Shown: positions 37,274-47,120 of the stretch, piece by piece
Position numbering within the stretch: the first letter of the stretch is position 1
Layout of the letters: every line of letters starts with the position of its first letter
Assembly (NCBI GenBank): GCA_964427245.1
Contig: CAYRSX010000023.1
Location: 6,268-70,267, forward strand
Length of the DNA: 64,000 nt
Reading direction: 5' to 3'
Source of the DNA: an uncultured Desulfobulbaceae bacterium
GTDB taxonomy: Bacteria; Desulfobacterota; Dissulfuribacteria; Dissulfuribacterales; DYLC01
The notes under the pieces: generated by a model
Database searches by the model: none
Told to the model about the DNA's origin: nothing
What the model saw: only the letters and a program-made list of their open reading frames with translations
Program-made: the position numbers and the translations under genes

Positions 37274-39061
37274 TTAGAAGAACACCTCAAAGGTAGCATA
37301 GAAGTTATCCATGTGATCCACTGGAGCAAACTGCTGAGCGTTCAGCAGACTCTTTGTATCTTCCATCTTAATGGGTTTACCCATCCAATTGCCGCTGCCA
37401 GTGTAATCAATCCAGTAATACTGATAGCCAGCGCGAATAAAGGCCTTACCGAACTTGGTAAGCGGCGTATCAGGAATATCGTATATCCAGTACACCTCGG
37501 CCACATCACCACGAGTCGCCAGCTTGGAGAGATACAGATCATCCGACGCAGGCGTGAAATTGATCCAATACTGAGAGCCATGGTTGTACTCAAGACCAAT
37601 CTTGCTGTTCAACTGCGCCACAGGAATGCGCACACCCAAAAATGCCGCCCAACCCCAATGATTGTCATCCTGACCTGGGGCGTTCAAAAGACCCGGATAC
37701 ATACCATAAGAATCCACGAAACGGTTGTCGGTTCGGCTCAGACCTGCGCTCAGGAAGTAATCGATGCCCATGAGTTTGTGCATGAATACTCCGCTCAAGT
37801 GATAGATATCACCCACCTGATACCCCTTGTAGGCAGTGGACATCAGAGGATCGTTGATAGGCAAAGGCTGACCTGGGTCCACCAGCATAGGAAAATTGAT
37901 AGGCCTCATCTCCATGTAGTTGGGCACATCGGCTGCCTTGAACAGTTGCACATTGGCAAAAAGGTTCTGACTTTTGTCGTCTATCACATCCCAACTCACG
38001 CCATAGAGGTCTGTGTCGTTAAGAGAAGGAGTATTGGGGATATTGGCAAAACCAGCCTCATAACCACGGCCATAACAGATACGTGCCTTGCCTGGAACCG
38101 GCTCTGAATACTGATAACCCAAGGTCAGACCATCAAATGTCCAGTCAACACCCAGAGCAACAGGTGTGGCATAGCGTTTGTCGTAATTATATTTGAGATT
38201 GTTGGGGGGGCCATCAACAGTAGGACGGCGGCCTACAGAGAACCAGATTGGCAGACCTGCAATATCAGACCAGCTCACATAGGCCATCTCAACACGCACG
38301 GTATTATCATTGGGACGGCGAGTGATATTAGGATCATACATAAAGCCGTTCATACCGAAAGGTACTGCAGTTGCCTCAGCAGACTCCATACCCCATATCT
38401 TGTACATGGAAAGGCGACCTTTGAACTCCACGTTCTCTGTGGGTTTGGCGTTCATGTTCAAACGCAGCCTGTTGGTGTAGAGCAGGTCGTTCTGCGTCTT
38501 GTAGGACTTCTGCATGTCGGCGCCGAACATGTTCATCATGGCAGCGCGCTGCTGCTCGGTGAGAGCGCCCATCATGCCGTTCAAAACTGCAAAACGCTGC
38601 TGTTGAGACATGGAATCCCACTGCTGCATTACGCCGCCGAGCTGTTGCTGAAGCGCCGGCGGAAACATAGCCATCATGGGCATCAGGTTCTGGCCCAACT
38701 GAGCGGAATTCCACTGGGTCATGGTGTTGGATGCGGTAAGTACATCCATCTGATTCCAATAATTGGTGACATGAGCACGAGTGGAATCGATTCTGAAACG
38801 ATAATCACCTGAAAACTCCAGATTGCTCTTTAAGGATTTGGCGGACTTTTCCACCTTTTCGGAGACGGTCTCAACTGTGGAAGAAGTCTTGTCCTGAGCG
38901 GCCTTAACCTCGGCCATCTGTTTTTTGAGACTCTCCAGCTGCTTTGTGAGTGCTTCAACCTGTGCAGCCAGCTGATCCGCTGTGGGCGGAGCGGCTATCG
39001 CCTGCATTGGAGCGGGCAACAAAAAGGTGCCTGCCAACAAACCAAGCCAAATTTTCTTCAT
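37274..39061 (-). CDS. outer-membrane porin-like protein, DUF3373-like, with N-terminal coiled coil
   Basis: 595 aa. Signal peptide (..PMQAIA), coiled coil LAAQVEALTKQLESLKKQMAEVKAAQDK, a long beta-rich region, and a C-terminal ...FEVFF. Confidence 0.65.
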   Translation of the reverse strand: MKKIWLGLLAGTFLLPAPMQAIAAPPTADQLAAQVEALTKQLESLKKQMAEVKAAQDKTSSTVETVSEKVEKSAKSLKSNLEFSGDYRFRIDSTRAHVTNYWNQMDVLTASNTMTQWNSAQLGQNLMPMMAMFPPALQQQLGGVMQQWDSMSQQQRFAVLNGMMGALTEQQRAAMMNMFGADMQKSYKTQNDLLYTNRLRLNMNAKPTENVEFKGRLSMYKIWGMESAEATAVPFGMNGFMYDPNITRRPNDNTVRVEMAYVSWSDIAGLPIWFSVGRRPTVDGPPNNLKYNYDKRYATPVALGVDWTFDGLTLGYQYSEPVPGKARICYGRGYEAGFANIPNTPSLNDTDLYGVSWDVIDDKSQNLFANVQLFKAADVPNYMEMRPINFPMLVDPGQPLPINDPLMSTAYKGYQVGDIYHLSGVFMHKLMGIDYFLSAGLSRTDNRFVDSYGMYPGLLNAPGQDDNHWGWAAFLGVRIPVAQLNSKIGLEYNHGSQYWINFTPASDDLYLSKLATRGDVAEVYWIYDIPDTPLTKFGKAFIRAGYQYYWIDYTGSGNWMGKPIKMEDTKSLLNAQQFAPVDHMDNFYATFEVFF

Positions 39062-39381
39062 TACAATCCCTCCTTTAAGGATATTTTAACACAAAATACA
39101 AACAGCAATGATACCTTTATTATAAAACAAACATATTGTCAAGAAGTTAACAGAAAAATTGCACAATGGCCTCGAGAAAAAACAATAATTCACAAAACAA
39201 CCCTGCGCGAAATTGCAGGGCTGGAACGCCTCATAACCCAATAAAAACTGTTTTCAAACACCAATGATGTGATTATAATTCTAACATAGAATATTCAATA
39301 GATTCTTAACCAAGTGAAAGTTTCAGAGGGCCGCTGTCTGTATGCCTTAATTGCAAGGCCAGCCACAAACAAGAATACAAT

Positions 39382-40278
39382 ATGCCATTCGATGAACACA
39401 ATGAACACCACTTTACTCAAGCCATTCGAGATATTGTAACACACCTCAACTGGCTACCCAGCCCCAATCCAAATCTCTATCGCACGATCTCATTGCTGCG
39501 CCACACGGACAGCGACATCAAACCAGTGGAAGAGCTGCTCGCCGCAGACCCGGGTCTGTCCACACAAGTGCTTCGTTTTGCCAACAGTTCCTTCTATGGC
39601 TTCAGGGGCGGTATTAAAGACATCAAAAAAGCCATTCTCGTACTTGGCATAAAAGAAATCAAAAACATCTGTCTGACAGTAGCGCTGCTACAGCAATTCC
39701 ATTCCCAAAAGACCGCACCATCTTTTAATAATACAGCATTCTGGCACCACTCGATACTGACCGCAATAATCGCAAGCGAACTCGCCAGGGAATATACCCC
39801 TTCCATCTCCAGAGAAGAGATATACATCCTTGGGCTCATGCACGACATAGGCCGACTTGCCATGGCTGTATATCTGCCGGAACTGTTTGAAAAAAGCATT
39901 CAAAGCGCCAATGAGCGCCATATAGATACCTATGAAGCTGAAAAGGCCATTGGCATCACGCATTGCGAACTTGGGCATATTCTTGCTAAAAAATGGGGTA
40001 TGCCTGCCTCTTTTGCAGCGGCCATGCTTTCACACCATGAAACACAACAGATAAAGACACATACTTTGGAAACAGCGCTGATTATACTGGTGGAGCACCT
40101 CTCCAATTCATACTCAGGCATAAACAACTCAAAATTAATCGAACCGATCGCCATTCCACTGCTATGCAAAAATGCAGCCGAATCTCTAAATATCACGCAA
40201 GAAGATTATATGGAACTGCTAAAGATCCTGCCTGACATGAATGCAAAGGCGCAAAACATATTACAACAATTTCTTTAA
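39382..40278 (+). CDS. HDOD domain protein
   Basis: 298 aa. STQVLRFANSSFYG, LGLMHDIGRL and a later HCELG. Confidence 0.8.
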   Translation: MPFDEHNEHHFTQAIRDIVTHLNWLPSPNPNLYRTISLLRHTDSDIKPVEELLAADPGLSTQVLRFANSSFYGFRGGIKDIKKAILVLGIKEIKNICLTVALLQQFHSQKTAPSFNNTAFWHHSILTAIIASELAREYTPSISREEIYILGLMHDIGRLAMAVYLPELFEKSIQSANERHIDTYEAEKAIGITHCELGHILAKKWGMPASFAAAMLSHHETQQIKTHTLETALIILVEHLSNSYSGINNSKLIEPIAIPLLCKNAAESLNITQEDYMELLKILPDMNAKAQNILQQFL

Positions 40279-40296
40279 TAAAAAGGGTTGAACAAT

Positions 40297-42429
40297 ATGG
40301 ACGAACAACTCACCAATCTGCTTCAGGAAGGCTTTTTGAATATTCGGGAACAGAAAAACGAAGCGATGGAAACCCTTGGCATAGTGTCAAGAATAGTAGC
40401 CATCACCACACACAGCACCTCCAGAGAAGACGTGGTGCAGCAGATACTTCGCATTCTCCTGGAAGAAACCCGCTTCGACAACGTATCGATATTATTATAT
40501 GACCAATCGGACAACCTCCTGAGGCTCAAGGCTGCGGCAGGCGTCTGGGATATCCTAGCCGAACAAAATCAAAAAACCTTCAACAAAGACCTCTCATTCG
40601 GCCCAGGAAACAGTATAGCGTGGCAGGTCTTCGAGAGCCAGAACCCTGTCTTCATTCCAGACTGTTCTCAATATCCCATTGCCAACGGCAACAATGCCGT
40701 AATTAAACCCGGCTGTTTGGCATGTCTTCCGCTCATGAAAGAGGGCGTGCTGAATCTCAGCGCAGGCCGACCTCGAGAAATCCTACCATATCAACGCAGA
40801 GAGCTGGTGATTTTGGCGAATATCATAGCAAATCTGCTTTCATCCACCACGCTGAAACAGGAACTGGAAGACTATCGAAAAAGGCTGGAAAAACTTGTGG
40901 AACGCCGGACACAGGATGTTCTGGCCATAAACGAAAACCTGAAAAGCACGCTCAGCCACCTGGAGGCCATTGTAAGAAACAATCCAGAGGGCATCTGCCT
41001 TCTGGACAACCAGAACAGGGTGATCATGGCCAATCCGCACTTTCTTTTCATGCTGGATGCAGCTCCAAGTGACATCATAAACAACACCCTGGAACACATC
41101 TTTCAAAATCCTGCTCATTACCATGCCATTCAACAGACTATCAGCAAAAAAGAATCTGTGCGGTTCTCCGATATACCTGTCATGAAAACAACCGGGCAAG
41201 GCATTTTCATCGATATCTTTCTGCACCCCATAGCCGAATCCGCGCAAACTGAATGCAACTACATGGTAATGCTGCATGACCTCACCGAACAGAAAAAAAT
41301 GGCTGAAAAGATGCTTCAGAGCGAGAAATTGAGCGCTCTTGGAGCTATGGCAGGAAGAATCGCTCACGACTTCAACAACATTTTGACCATCATAATGGGC
41401 AATACAGAGTTATTGCTCAAGGAAACCATCGACCCCGCTACCAGAAAACGCCTGGAAAACATACTGACAGCAGCTACAGATGGGGCATACATAGTCAGAC
41501 GCATACAAAACTATACAAAGCTACATCAAAAAGACACCTCCAGTCGAGCCCATTCAAACGTCAACGCCATCATAGAAAATACCATTCGCATGCTGGAGCC
41601 CAAATGGAAGGCTGAATACGAAAAACAAAGCATTCCGTTCGTTGTTGAATTGAATTTTTCAGACATCTGTGAAGCTGCCATCAATCCAACAGACCTTCGA
41701 GAGGTGCTCATAAATCTTCTCCTGAATGCCATAGACGCCATGCCCCAAGGAGGCACACTGACCATCAGCACCGCACTCAGAGAAAACAATATCATAATAG
41801 AGATTACGGATACCGGTACAGGAATACCTGATGAGCTGAAAAAACGCATCTTCGACCCATTCTTCACCACCAAAGGCCCTCAGTCTTCTGGGCTTGGGTT
41901 AAGTGTAACCTATAGTGTCATCGTGCAGGCAGGAGGTGACATTCAAGTTCAAAGCAAACTCGGTCGGGGCACCACCTTTACCATCTCTCTGCCTTCAGCT
42001 ACAAATATAGCGGCAACTAATACCCCAAAGGTCATCAAAGCCAAACACCAACCCAAAGAAGGTGTAACCATTCTGGCAGTTGACGATGAGCCGGATATAG
42101 CGAAAATGCTTTCAATGGCCATCGAATCCTTGGGCTATTCGGCCAAGACCGTTACAGACCCTCGAAAGGCCATTGCAGAAATAGCATCAGGCAAATACAC
42201 ACTCCTCATAACCGATCTGGGCATGCCTCATCTGACCGGATGGGACCTGACCAAAAAGGCCCAAGAACATGGCATTCCGGCCATTTTGCTCACTGGTTGG
42301 GGCTATGAGCATGAAGGCCAAGACCTAAGGGCCAAGGGTGTGGAAATAGTCCTCTCCAAACCGGTTAAGTTAGATCAGTTGAGCGACGCCATAGCCATGA
42401 TACTGAGATCATCCAAAGATACACCATAG
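40297..42429 (+). CDS. hybrid sensor histidine kinase (GAF-PAS-HisKA-HATPase-REC)
   Basis: H-box RIAHDFNNILT, N box LLLNAIDAM, G boxes DTGTGI and GLGLS. C-terminal receiver domain (ILAVDDEPD...ITDLGMP...SKP). The ATG at 40297 is preferred over the TTG at 40288. Confidence 0.85.
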   Translation: MDEQLTNLLQEGFLNIREQKNEAMETLGIVSRIVAITTHSTSREDVVQQILRILLEETRFDNVSILLYDQSDNLLRLKAAAGVWDILAEQNQKTFNKDLSFGPGNSIAWQVFESQNPVFIPDCSQYPIANGNNAVIKPGCLACLPLMKEGVLNLSAGRPREILPYQRRELVILANIIANLLSSTTLKQELEDYRKRLEKLVERRTQDVLAINENLKSTLSHLEAIVRNNPEGICLLDNQNRVIMANPHFLFMLDAAPSDIINNTLEHIFQNPAHYHAIQQTISKKESVRFSDIPVMKTTGQGIFIDIFLHPIAESAQTECNYMVMLHDLTEQKKMAEKMLQSEKLSALGAMAGRIAHDFNNILTIIMGNTELLLKETIDPATRKRLENILTAATDGAYIVRRIQNYTKLHQKDTSSRAHSNVNAIIENTIRMLEPKWKAEYEKQSIPFVVELNFSDICEAAINPTDLREVLINLLLNAIDAMPQGGTLTISTALRENNIIIEITDTGTGIPDELKKRIFDPFFTTKGPQSSGLGLSVTYSVIVQAGGDIQVQSKLGRGTTFTISLPSATNIAATNTPKVIKAKHQPKEGVTILAVDDEPDIAKMLSMAIESLGYSAKTVTDPRKAIAEIASGKYTLLITDLGMPHLTGWDLTKKAQEHGIPAILLTGWGYEHEGQDLRAKGVEIVLSKPVKLDQLSDAIAMILRSSKDTP

Positions 42430-42529
42430 CAAAAATAATAAAACAACTTCATCTTATGGCACTACCTTGTCCTGTTTTTTTTACTTCCAACCCATGGGGT
42501 TCCCCATTGATAAGAGGCCTTTCAAATAC

Positions 42530-43219
42530 ATGCAAACTCAACACTACACCATCACAATAGACGGCCCTGCCGGAGCCGGAAAGGGTGTGGTCAGCGCACT
42601 GCTTGCCCAACGCATTGGATTTACAAGGCTGGACACCGGCGCCATGTACAGAGCTGTCGCCCTTTATGTATTGAGGCAAGGATTTGAACCCTTGAAAAAT
42701 ATAGCCGATAAACACCTTGAAGACAAGCTGCAACTGCTTCTATCAGAAATCCACATCAAAATAAACGGCAGATACGTGTGGCTAAACGACACCGAGATTT
42801 CTCAGACTATTCGCACACCAGAGGTGTCTCTGGCGGCCTCACACATCTCGCAATTTACGTGTGTGAGGCAAAAACTCACCGAGATTCAACGCAAAATCGC
42901 TCAAACCACAGACCTGGTGGCCGAAGGCAGGGATATGGGGACGGTAGTCTTCCCAAAAGCCCAATGCAAATTTTTCCTGACTGCAAGACCGGAGATTCGA
43001 GCCGAAAGAAGGTGGCTACAACTGAAAGATCAGGGCGTTACAATGGATTTCGAGGATGTATTGCGTGAAATACAGCAAAGGGATGAGGCAGACAGTTCAA
43101 GGCAGATTGCCCCCCTTAAAATGGCGCCGAATGCCATACTGGTGGACAGCTCTTATATGGACGTGGAAGAGGTAGTAAACACCATGTATGAACATGCAAA
43201 ACAAGTCATACCACTTTGA
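42530..43219 (+). CDS. cmk: cytidylate kinase
   Basis: From the internal Met MQTQHYTITIDGPAGAGKG. Contains DTGAMYR and GRDMGTVVFP. Confidence 0.9.
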   Translation: MQTQHYTITIDGPAGAGKGVVSALLAQRIGFTRLDTGAMYRAVALYVLRQGFEPLKNIADKHLEDKLQLLLSEIHIKINGRYVWLNDTEISQTIRTPEVSLAASHISQFTCVRQKLTEIQRKIAQTTDLVAEGRDMGTVVFPKAQCKFFLTARPEIRAERRWLQLKDQGVTMDFEDVLREIQQRDEADSSRQIAPLKMAPNAILVDSSYMDVEEVVNTMYEHAKQVIPL

Positions 43220-43226
43220 GCATCTC

Positions 43227-43808
43227 TTAAGCCTGGCTTGACTGTATCAACTTCTTTTGCAGTTGAAGTCGCCTCTTCTCATAGCGCTCTTCCTCACTGA
43301 AAATACAGCCGCAATAGGACTGCCTGTAGATACCCAGCTCTCGTGCCATATCCTGGCCTTTCTGCCAGCCCACACGAAAGTCATGATAATACAATGCCAC
43401 ACCGGTCTCTTGTGCTATGTTTTGAGCTATCTGAAAAATAGCCTCATGATTTTGATAACGGCTATAAAACAACGTAGAGCTGAAATGAGTAAATCCGTTT
43501 TTAATGGCGCGCTCAGCGGTTTCTTTTAGGCGCATCTCATAGCATTTCAGACACCTGACTCCAAAATCCATATTCCCTGCCACTGACTGCAACCAAGCTC
43601 TGAGACCATAGCCCTTTTCGCTGTAGATTACAGAAAGGTCCTGAAGCCGAGCTACGGTCTGCAATGCCTCTATGCGCCTCTCGTATTCCATGTACGGATG
43701 TATATTAGGGTTATAAAAAAAACCCTTGACTGACACACCCATATCCCTCAGGAGTTTTAATGGGAAAAGCAGGCAGGGACCGCAGCAGATATGCAGCAAA
43801 AGGCGCAT
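43227..43808 (-). CDS. queH: epoxyqueuosine reductase QueH (DUF208)
   Basis: 193 aa. LLLHICCGPC N-terminus and a C-terminal YCGCIFS. Confidence 0.8.
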   Translation of the reverse strand: MRLLLHICCGPCLLFPLKLLRDMGVSVKGFFYNPNIHPYMEYERRIEALQTVARLQDLSVIYSEKGYGLRAWLQSVAGNMDFGVRCLKCYEMRLKETAERAIKNGFTHFSSTLFYSRYQNHEAIFQIAQNIAQETGVALYYHDFRVGWQKGQDMARELGIYRQSYCGCIFSEEERYEKRRLQLQKKLIQSSQA

Positions 43809-43823
43809 GGCAACGTGACCCTA

Positions 43824-45128
43824 TTACAGATAAATCACTCTTAATTCCTGCCGCAGATATGACTCCAGAGTACAGAGCTCCACAGGTCTCATGCGGCATG
43901 AAAGCCCGAAGGCATCTTCAAATTCCATTTCCATGTCTCTGAGCCAGTTGTGTAACAGGGGTAGGCTTCCGGCGAAAAAATCGTCCGTAACGGCAATCCA
44001 GAGCTCCAGCCGCTCCAAAAACCGTTCTTTTCTCACCGCCATCACATGGGGTACTGCCTGCAAGGGCACATTGGAGGAGAGACGTTCCGTGCCGCGCCTC
44101 ACGAATGCATCCACCTGATTCAATGAGATGTTAAGCCCGCGCACTTGCACCAGGCCGTCCGTACGCTCATAAACGGGTTCCATACGCCAGGTGTTTCTAC
44201 CGCAGATACAGGGTTCGGTAATAATCCGAGTCAACTCGCCTGTACGAAAACGTATGAGTGGATTGGCCTTGGTGGTCAAAGTGGTGATCACCAATTCACC
44301 CTTTTCACCAAAAGGCAACACCTCTCCTGTGGCAGGATTCACCACCTCTGCGATGAGTTGATCCATCGCCAGATGCAGCCCATTTCTCTTCTCGCACTCA
44401 TAGGCCATTACAGGCCCCACTGCCTCCAGAATCCCGTGCCCGCACAAGATGTTCAGCGCAAATTCCCGCTCCATCTCCTCTCGTATGCTTGAATCCAGAC
44501 GCTCGTCCAGCAATACCACTCGCTTCAGGGATAGATTAGCCAGATGTATGCCGCTTTCCGCCAGCTCCGCAAACAGATACTGCAAATAAGACGAAAAGGT
44601 AATGAGGGTCGAGGTCTTGAAGTCCGCCAAGATACGCAGACGTTCCTGAACGGCCATGGGTTCAGGAGGAATGACCAATGCCCCCATGATCTCAGCCGCC
44701 TCCTTCAACTCCTGAGCAAGAAAGGACATGCCAGGGTCCAGGCATATCTGAACGATATCGTCGGCTATAACACCTGACGCCGAAAGAAATCTACAGGTAA
44801 ACCCCTGACGATGGGCCACGTCCTGTTTCGTATAGCCCATGACTATGGGATTTGAGACGCCGCAGCTCATAGTGTGCAGGCGAATGATGTCCCGCAGGGG
44901 TACCGCAAACTGGCCGTAGGGATAACTGGCCATCAGGTCCTCACGCGTGGTAAATGGCAGTTTGGAAAGATCAGACAGGGAGGTCACGGACTCAGGCGTG
45001 CATTTCAGGACATCCATGGCCTTTCGATAGGAAGGCACGCGATTATAGACACGATTCAAAGTGCTCTGAAGCAATTCCATCTGCAACTGCAATAGTTCAT
45101 TCAGCGAGGTATATTCCATGGAATCCAT
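43824..45128 (-). CDS. phenylacetate-CoA ligase family (PaaK/F390 synthetase-like) adenylating enzyme
   Basis: 434 aa. Overall PaaK-like layout (LPFTTREDL..., ...ELVITTL...PLIRFRTGE). Confidence 0.65.
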   Translation of the reverse strand: MDSMEYTSLNELLQLQMELLQSTLNRVYNRVPSYRKAMDVLKCTPESVTSLSDLSKLPFTTREDLMASYPYGQFAVPLRDIIRLHTMSCGVSNPIVMGYTKQDVAHRQGFTCRFLSASGVIADDIVQICLDPGMSFLAQELKEAAEIMGALVIPPEPMAVQERLRILADFKTSTLITFSSYLQYLFAELAESGIHLANLSLKRVVLLDERLDSSIREEMEREFALNILCGHGILEAVGPVMAYECEKRNGLHLAMDQLIAEVVNPATGEVLPFGEKGELVITTLTTKANPLIRFRTGELTRIITEPCICGRNTWRMEPVYERTDGLVQVRGLNISLNQVDAFVRRGTERLSSNVPLQAVPHVMAVRKERFLERLELWIAVTDDFFAGSLPLLHNWLRDMEMEFEDAFGLSCRMRPVELCTLESYLRQELRVIYL

Positions 45129-45151
45129 AGATTTATCCTTTTGACTAAAAG

Positions 45152-45892
45152 TTATCTCTCTACAATCTGCGCATAATCCTTGCCCAGATAGGCGCGCTGC
45201 ACATCGGAATCGTCCCGCAATTCCTGGGCCGTGCCCTGAAGCACGATTCTACCCGTCTCCAGCACATAACCACGATGGGCCATCTCCAAAACCCGCCTGG
45301 CATTTTGCTCCACTATGAGAATTGTCAGACCCTCCGCCTGATTCAGGGTCACTATGGCTTGAAAAATCCCTTCTACCAGCTTTGGTGCAAGCCCAAGAGA
45401 AGGCTCGTCCAGCAGCAACAACTCGGGTTTTGCCATAAAGGCGCGGCCTATGGCCAACATCTGCTGCTCTCCTCCACTCAGAGTACCGGCAATCTGTCTT
45501 TTACGCTCGTAGAGCCTTGGAAAAAGCTGAAAGACTCTGTCAAAATCCCCTTGAATCTCCTCCTTTTTAACCTTGCCAAAACGGTGATAGGCGCCGAGTT
45601 CCAGATTCTCCATCACAGTAAGAGGTGCAAAGACCTGTCTGCCTTCAGGAGAATGCCCTATGCCTATTTTCACGATGGCATCCGAAGCAAGCCCCAGTAT
45701 GTTTCTGTTGCGATACAATATCTCACCCTGACTACCGGGAACTAAACCTGAGATGGTGCGAAGCAGTGTGGTCTTACCAGCCCCGTTTGCACCGATGAGA
45801 CAGACTATCTCGCCCTGGCTTACATGTAGAGACAGGTTGCGCAAAATGGCGATGGAGGAATAACATGTGTTGAGATTTTTAATTCGAAGCAT
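45152..45892 (-). CDS. livF: branched-chain amino acid ABC transporter ATP-binding protein (LivF-like)
   Basis: 246 aa. Walker A GANGAGKTT, signature LSGGEQQML, Walker B LLLLDEPS. Confidence 0.85.
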   Translation of the reverse strand: MLRIKNLNTCYSSIAILRNLSLHVSQGEIVCLIGANGAGKTTLLRTISGLVPGSQGEILYRNRNILGLASDAIVKIGIGHSPEGRQVFAPLTVMENLELGAYHRFGKVKKEEIQGDFDRVFQLFPRLYERKRQIAGTLSGGEQQMLAIGRAFMAKPELLLLDEPSLGLAPKLVEGIFQAIVTLNQAEGLTILIVEQNARRVLEMAHRGYVLETGRIVLQGTAQELRDDSDVQRAYLGKDYAQIVER

Positions 45893-45960
45893 GAGAATCC
45901 CTTTATTTTAAAAAGATGTTAACAAAGAGATACATATTTTACAAGAGAAGCATCATAGAT

Positions 45961-45988
45961 GCCGCATATCAAATGCATGTAATGCGGC
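45961..45988. promoter_or_regulatory. inverted repeat in divergent promoter region (candidate operator)
   Basis: GCCGCAT-N14-ATGCGGC lies between the livF start (45892, -) and the lipoprotein operon start (46061, +). Confidence 0.25.
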
Positions 45989-46060
45989 CGACATTCAAGC
46001 GAAGTCCGTAACCTGCCGATACAGTCCTTCAAAAGACTAAGAAAGAGAGGACAGCCTGAT

Positions 46061-46327
46061 ATGCCCAAAAAGCCCTTAATCACCATGCTGTGTGCAACGA
46101 CATTTCTGTGCAGCGGATGCTGCAATCTGTCTCTGCTGGACATCTCCTGTAAAAATCCCTTTCAAAGGACACAGGTGGTGGTGCCTTGCAGCACGCAGCA
46201 ATCATATACTCATCAACCCACTTACTATGTGCTCAAGAGATATGAAGCCTCACGCATACAGGTTATAGAAACGGACAGCGCCGACATTCACATCTATGAG
46301 CCTCTGCCATTTAAAACCAAGGAGTAA
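46061..46327 (+). CDS. small lipoprotein, unknown function
   Basis: 88 aa with lipobox FLCSGC and an AGAGAGG SD-like sequence upstream. Confidence 0.55.
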   Translation: MPKKPLITMLCATTFLCSGCCNLSLLDISCKNPFQRTQVVVPCSTQQSYTHQPTYYVLKRYEASRIQVIETDSADIHIYEPLPFKTKE

Positions 46328-46330
46328 GCC

Positions 46331-47113
46331 ATGAGAAGACATATCAACGCATACATCGCATTTATTTGTCTAATGAGCCCCTGTGTGCTTGCAGCCCAGG
46401 ACGAACCAACGCTCGAACAGGGAGCCCAGCCCGGCTATATGGAGAAGGCTGTAATGATCGACGAGGCATCAAATCTGAACCTTCAAATACACAACCTTGC
46501 GGAACAACTGGTAAAAAACTACCGATACGGCATGACACCGGCTGAACCCGTTGCAGTGACCACCTTTGTGGATGTAAACCACCTCTACAAAACATCCTCT
46601 TTCGGACGCTACATAGCCGAACAACTGATAGGTGAACTTCAACGGGCCAGCTTCAATGTCATGGAGTATCGCAAGACCAACAGTATCATAATGCGAGAAG
46701 GCTTCGGCGAATACTCCCTGTCTCGCGACAGTAAAGAAATCGCCAAGTCAACATCGGCAGGGCTGGTGCTCGTGGGCACCTATATGATAAAGGACCGTTA
46801 TGTAATGGTAAATGCACGCATCGTAGATTCTAATCAATTGGTACACTCCTCAGGTATGACAATACTGCGAAAGGACGGCCTGATAGCAGACCTGTTGCAA
46901 CACGCCTCTGTGCCTGACCTGGCCCCTCCTGCCCGCATCACCATAAAAGGACTAGGAGAACCGACTCCTACTCCACCTCAAGTCCCTGGGCCCGAACCTG
47001 CGCCTGCCTTACGAGAGGTCAAACCCACTGCCCAAAATGCAACCGACACAAAGCCGGCCATCAGGACATCCAAAACTCGCGTCACAACCTCTTCACGCGC
47101 AAAGCACAGCTGA
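46331..47113 (+). CDS. secreted FlgO/LpoB-like fold protein with Pro-rich C-terminal tail
   Basis: 260 aa with a signal peptide. The core VAVTTFVDVN...SSFGRYIAEQLIGEL...GEYSLSRDS...LVGTY...VNARIVD is paralogous to the next gene. The tail reads PTPTPPQVPGPEPAP. Confidence 0.55.
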   Translation: MRRHINAYIAFICLMSPCVLAAQDEPTLEQGAQPGYMEKAVMIDEASNLNLQIHNLAEQLVKNYRYGMTPAEPVAVTTFVDVNHLYKTSSFGRYIAEQLIGELQRASFNVMEYRKTNSIIMREGFGEYSLSRDSKEIAKSTSAGLVLVGTYMIKDRYVMVNARIVDSNQLVHSSGMTILRKDGLIADLLQHASVPDLAPPARITIKGLGEPTPTPPQVPGPEPAPALREVKPTAQNATDTKPAIRTSKTRVTTSSRAKHS

Positions 47114-47120
47114 TATTCCC

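Noticed and set aside
37313-38107. 264 aa plus-strand ORF
   Set aside because: Antisense to the 595 aa OMP gene. His/Arg-rich nonsense composition.
45919-46143. 74 aa minus-strand ORF in the livF/lipoprotein intergenic region
   Set aside because: It overlaps the start of the plus-strand lipoprotein gene, has no RBS, and lies within a divergent promoter region.
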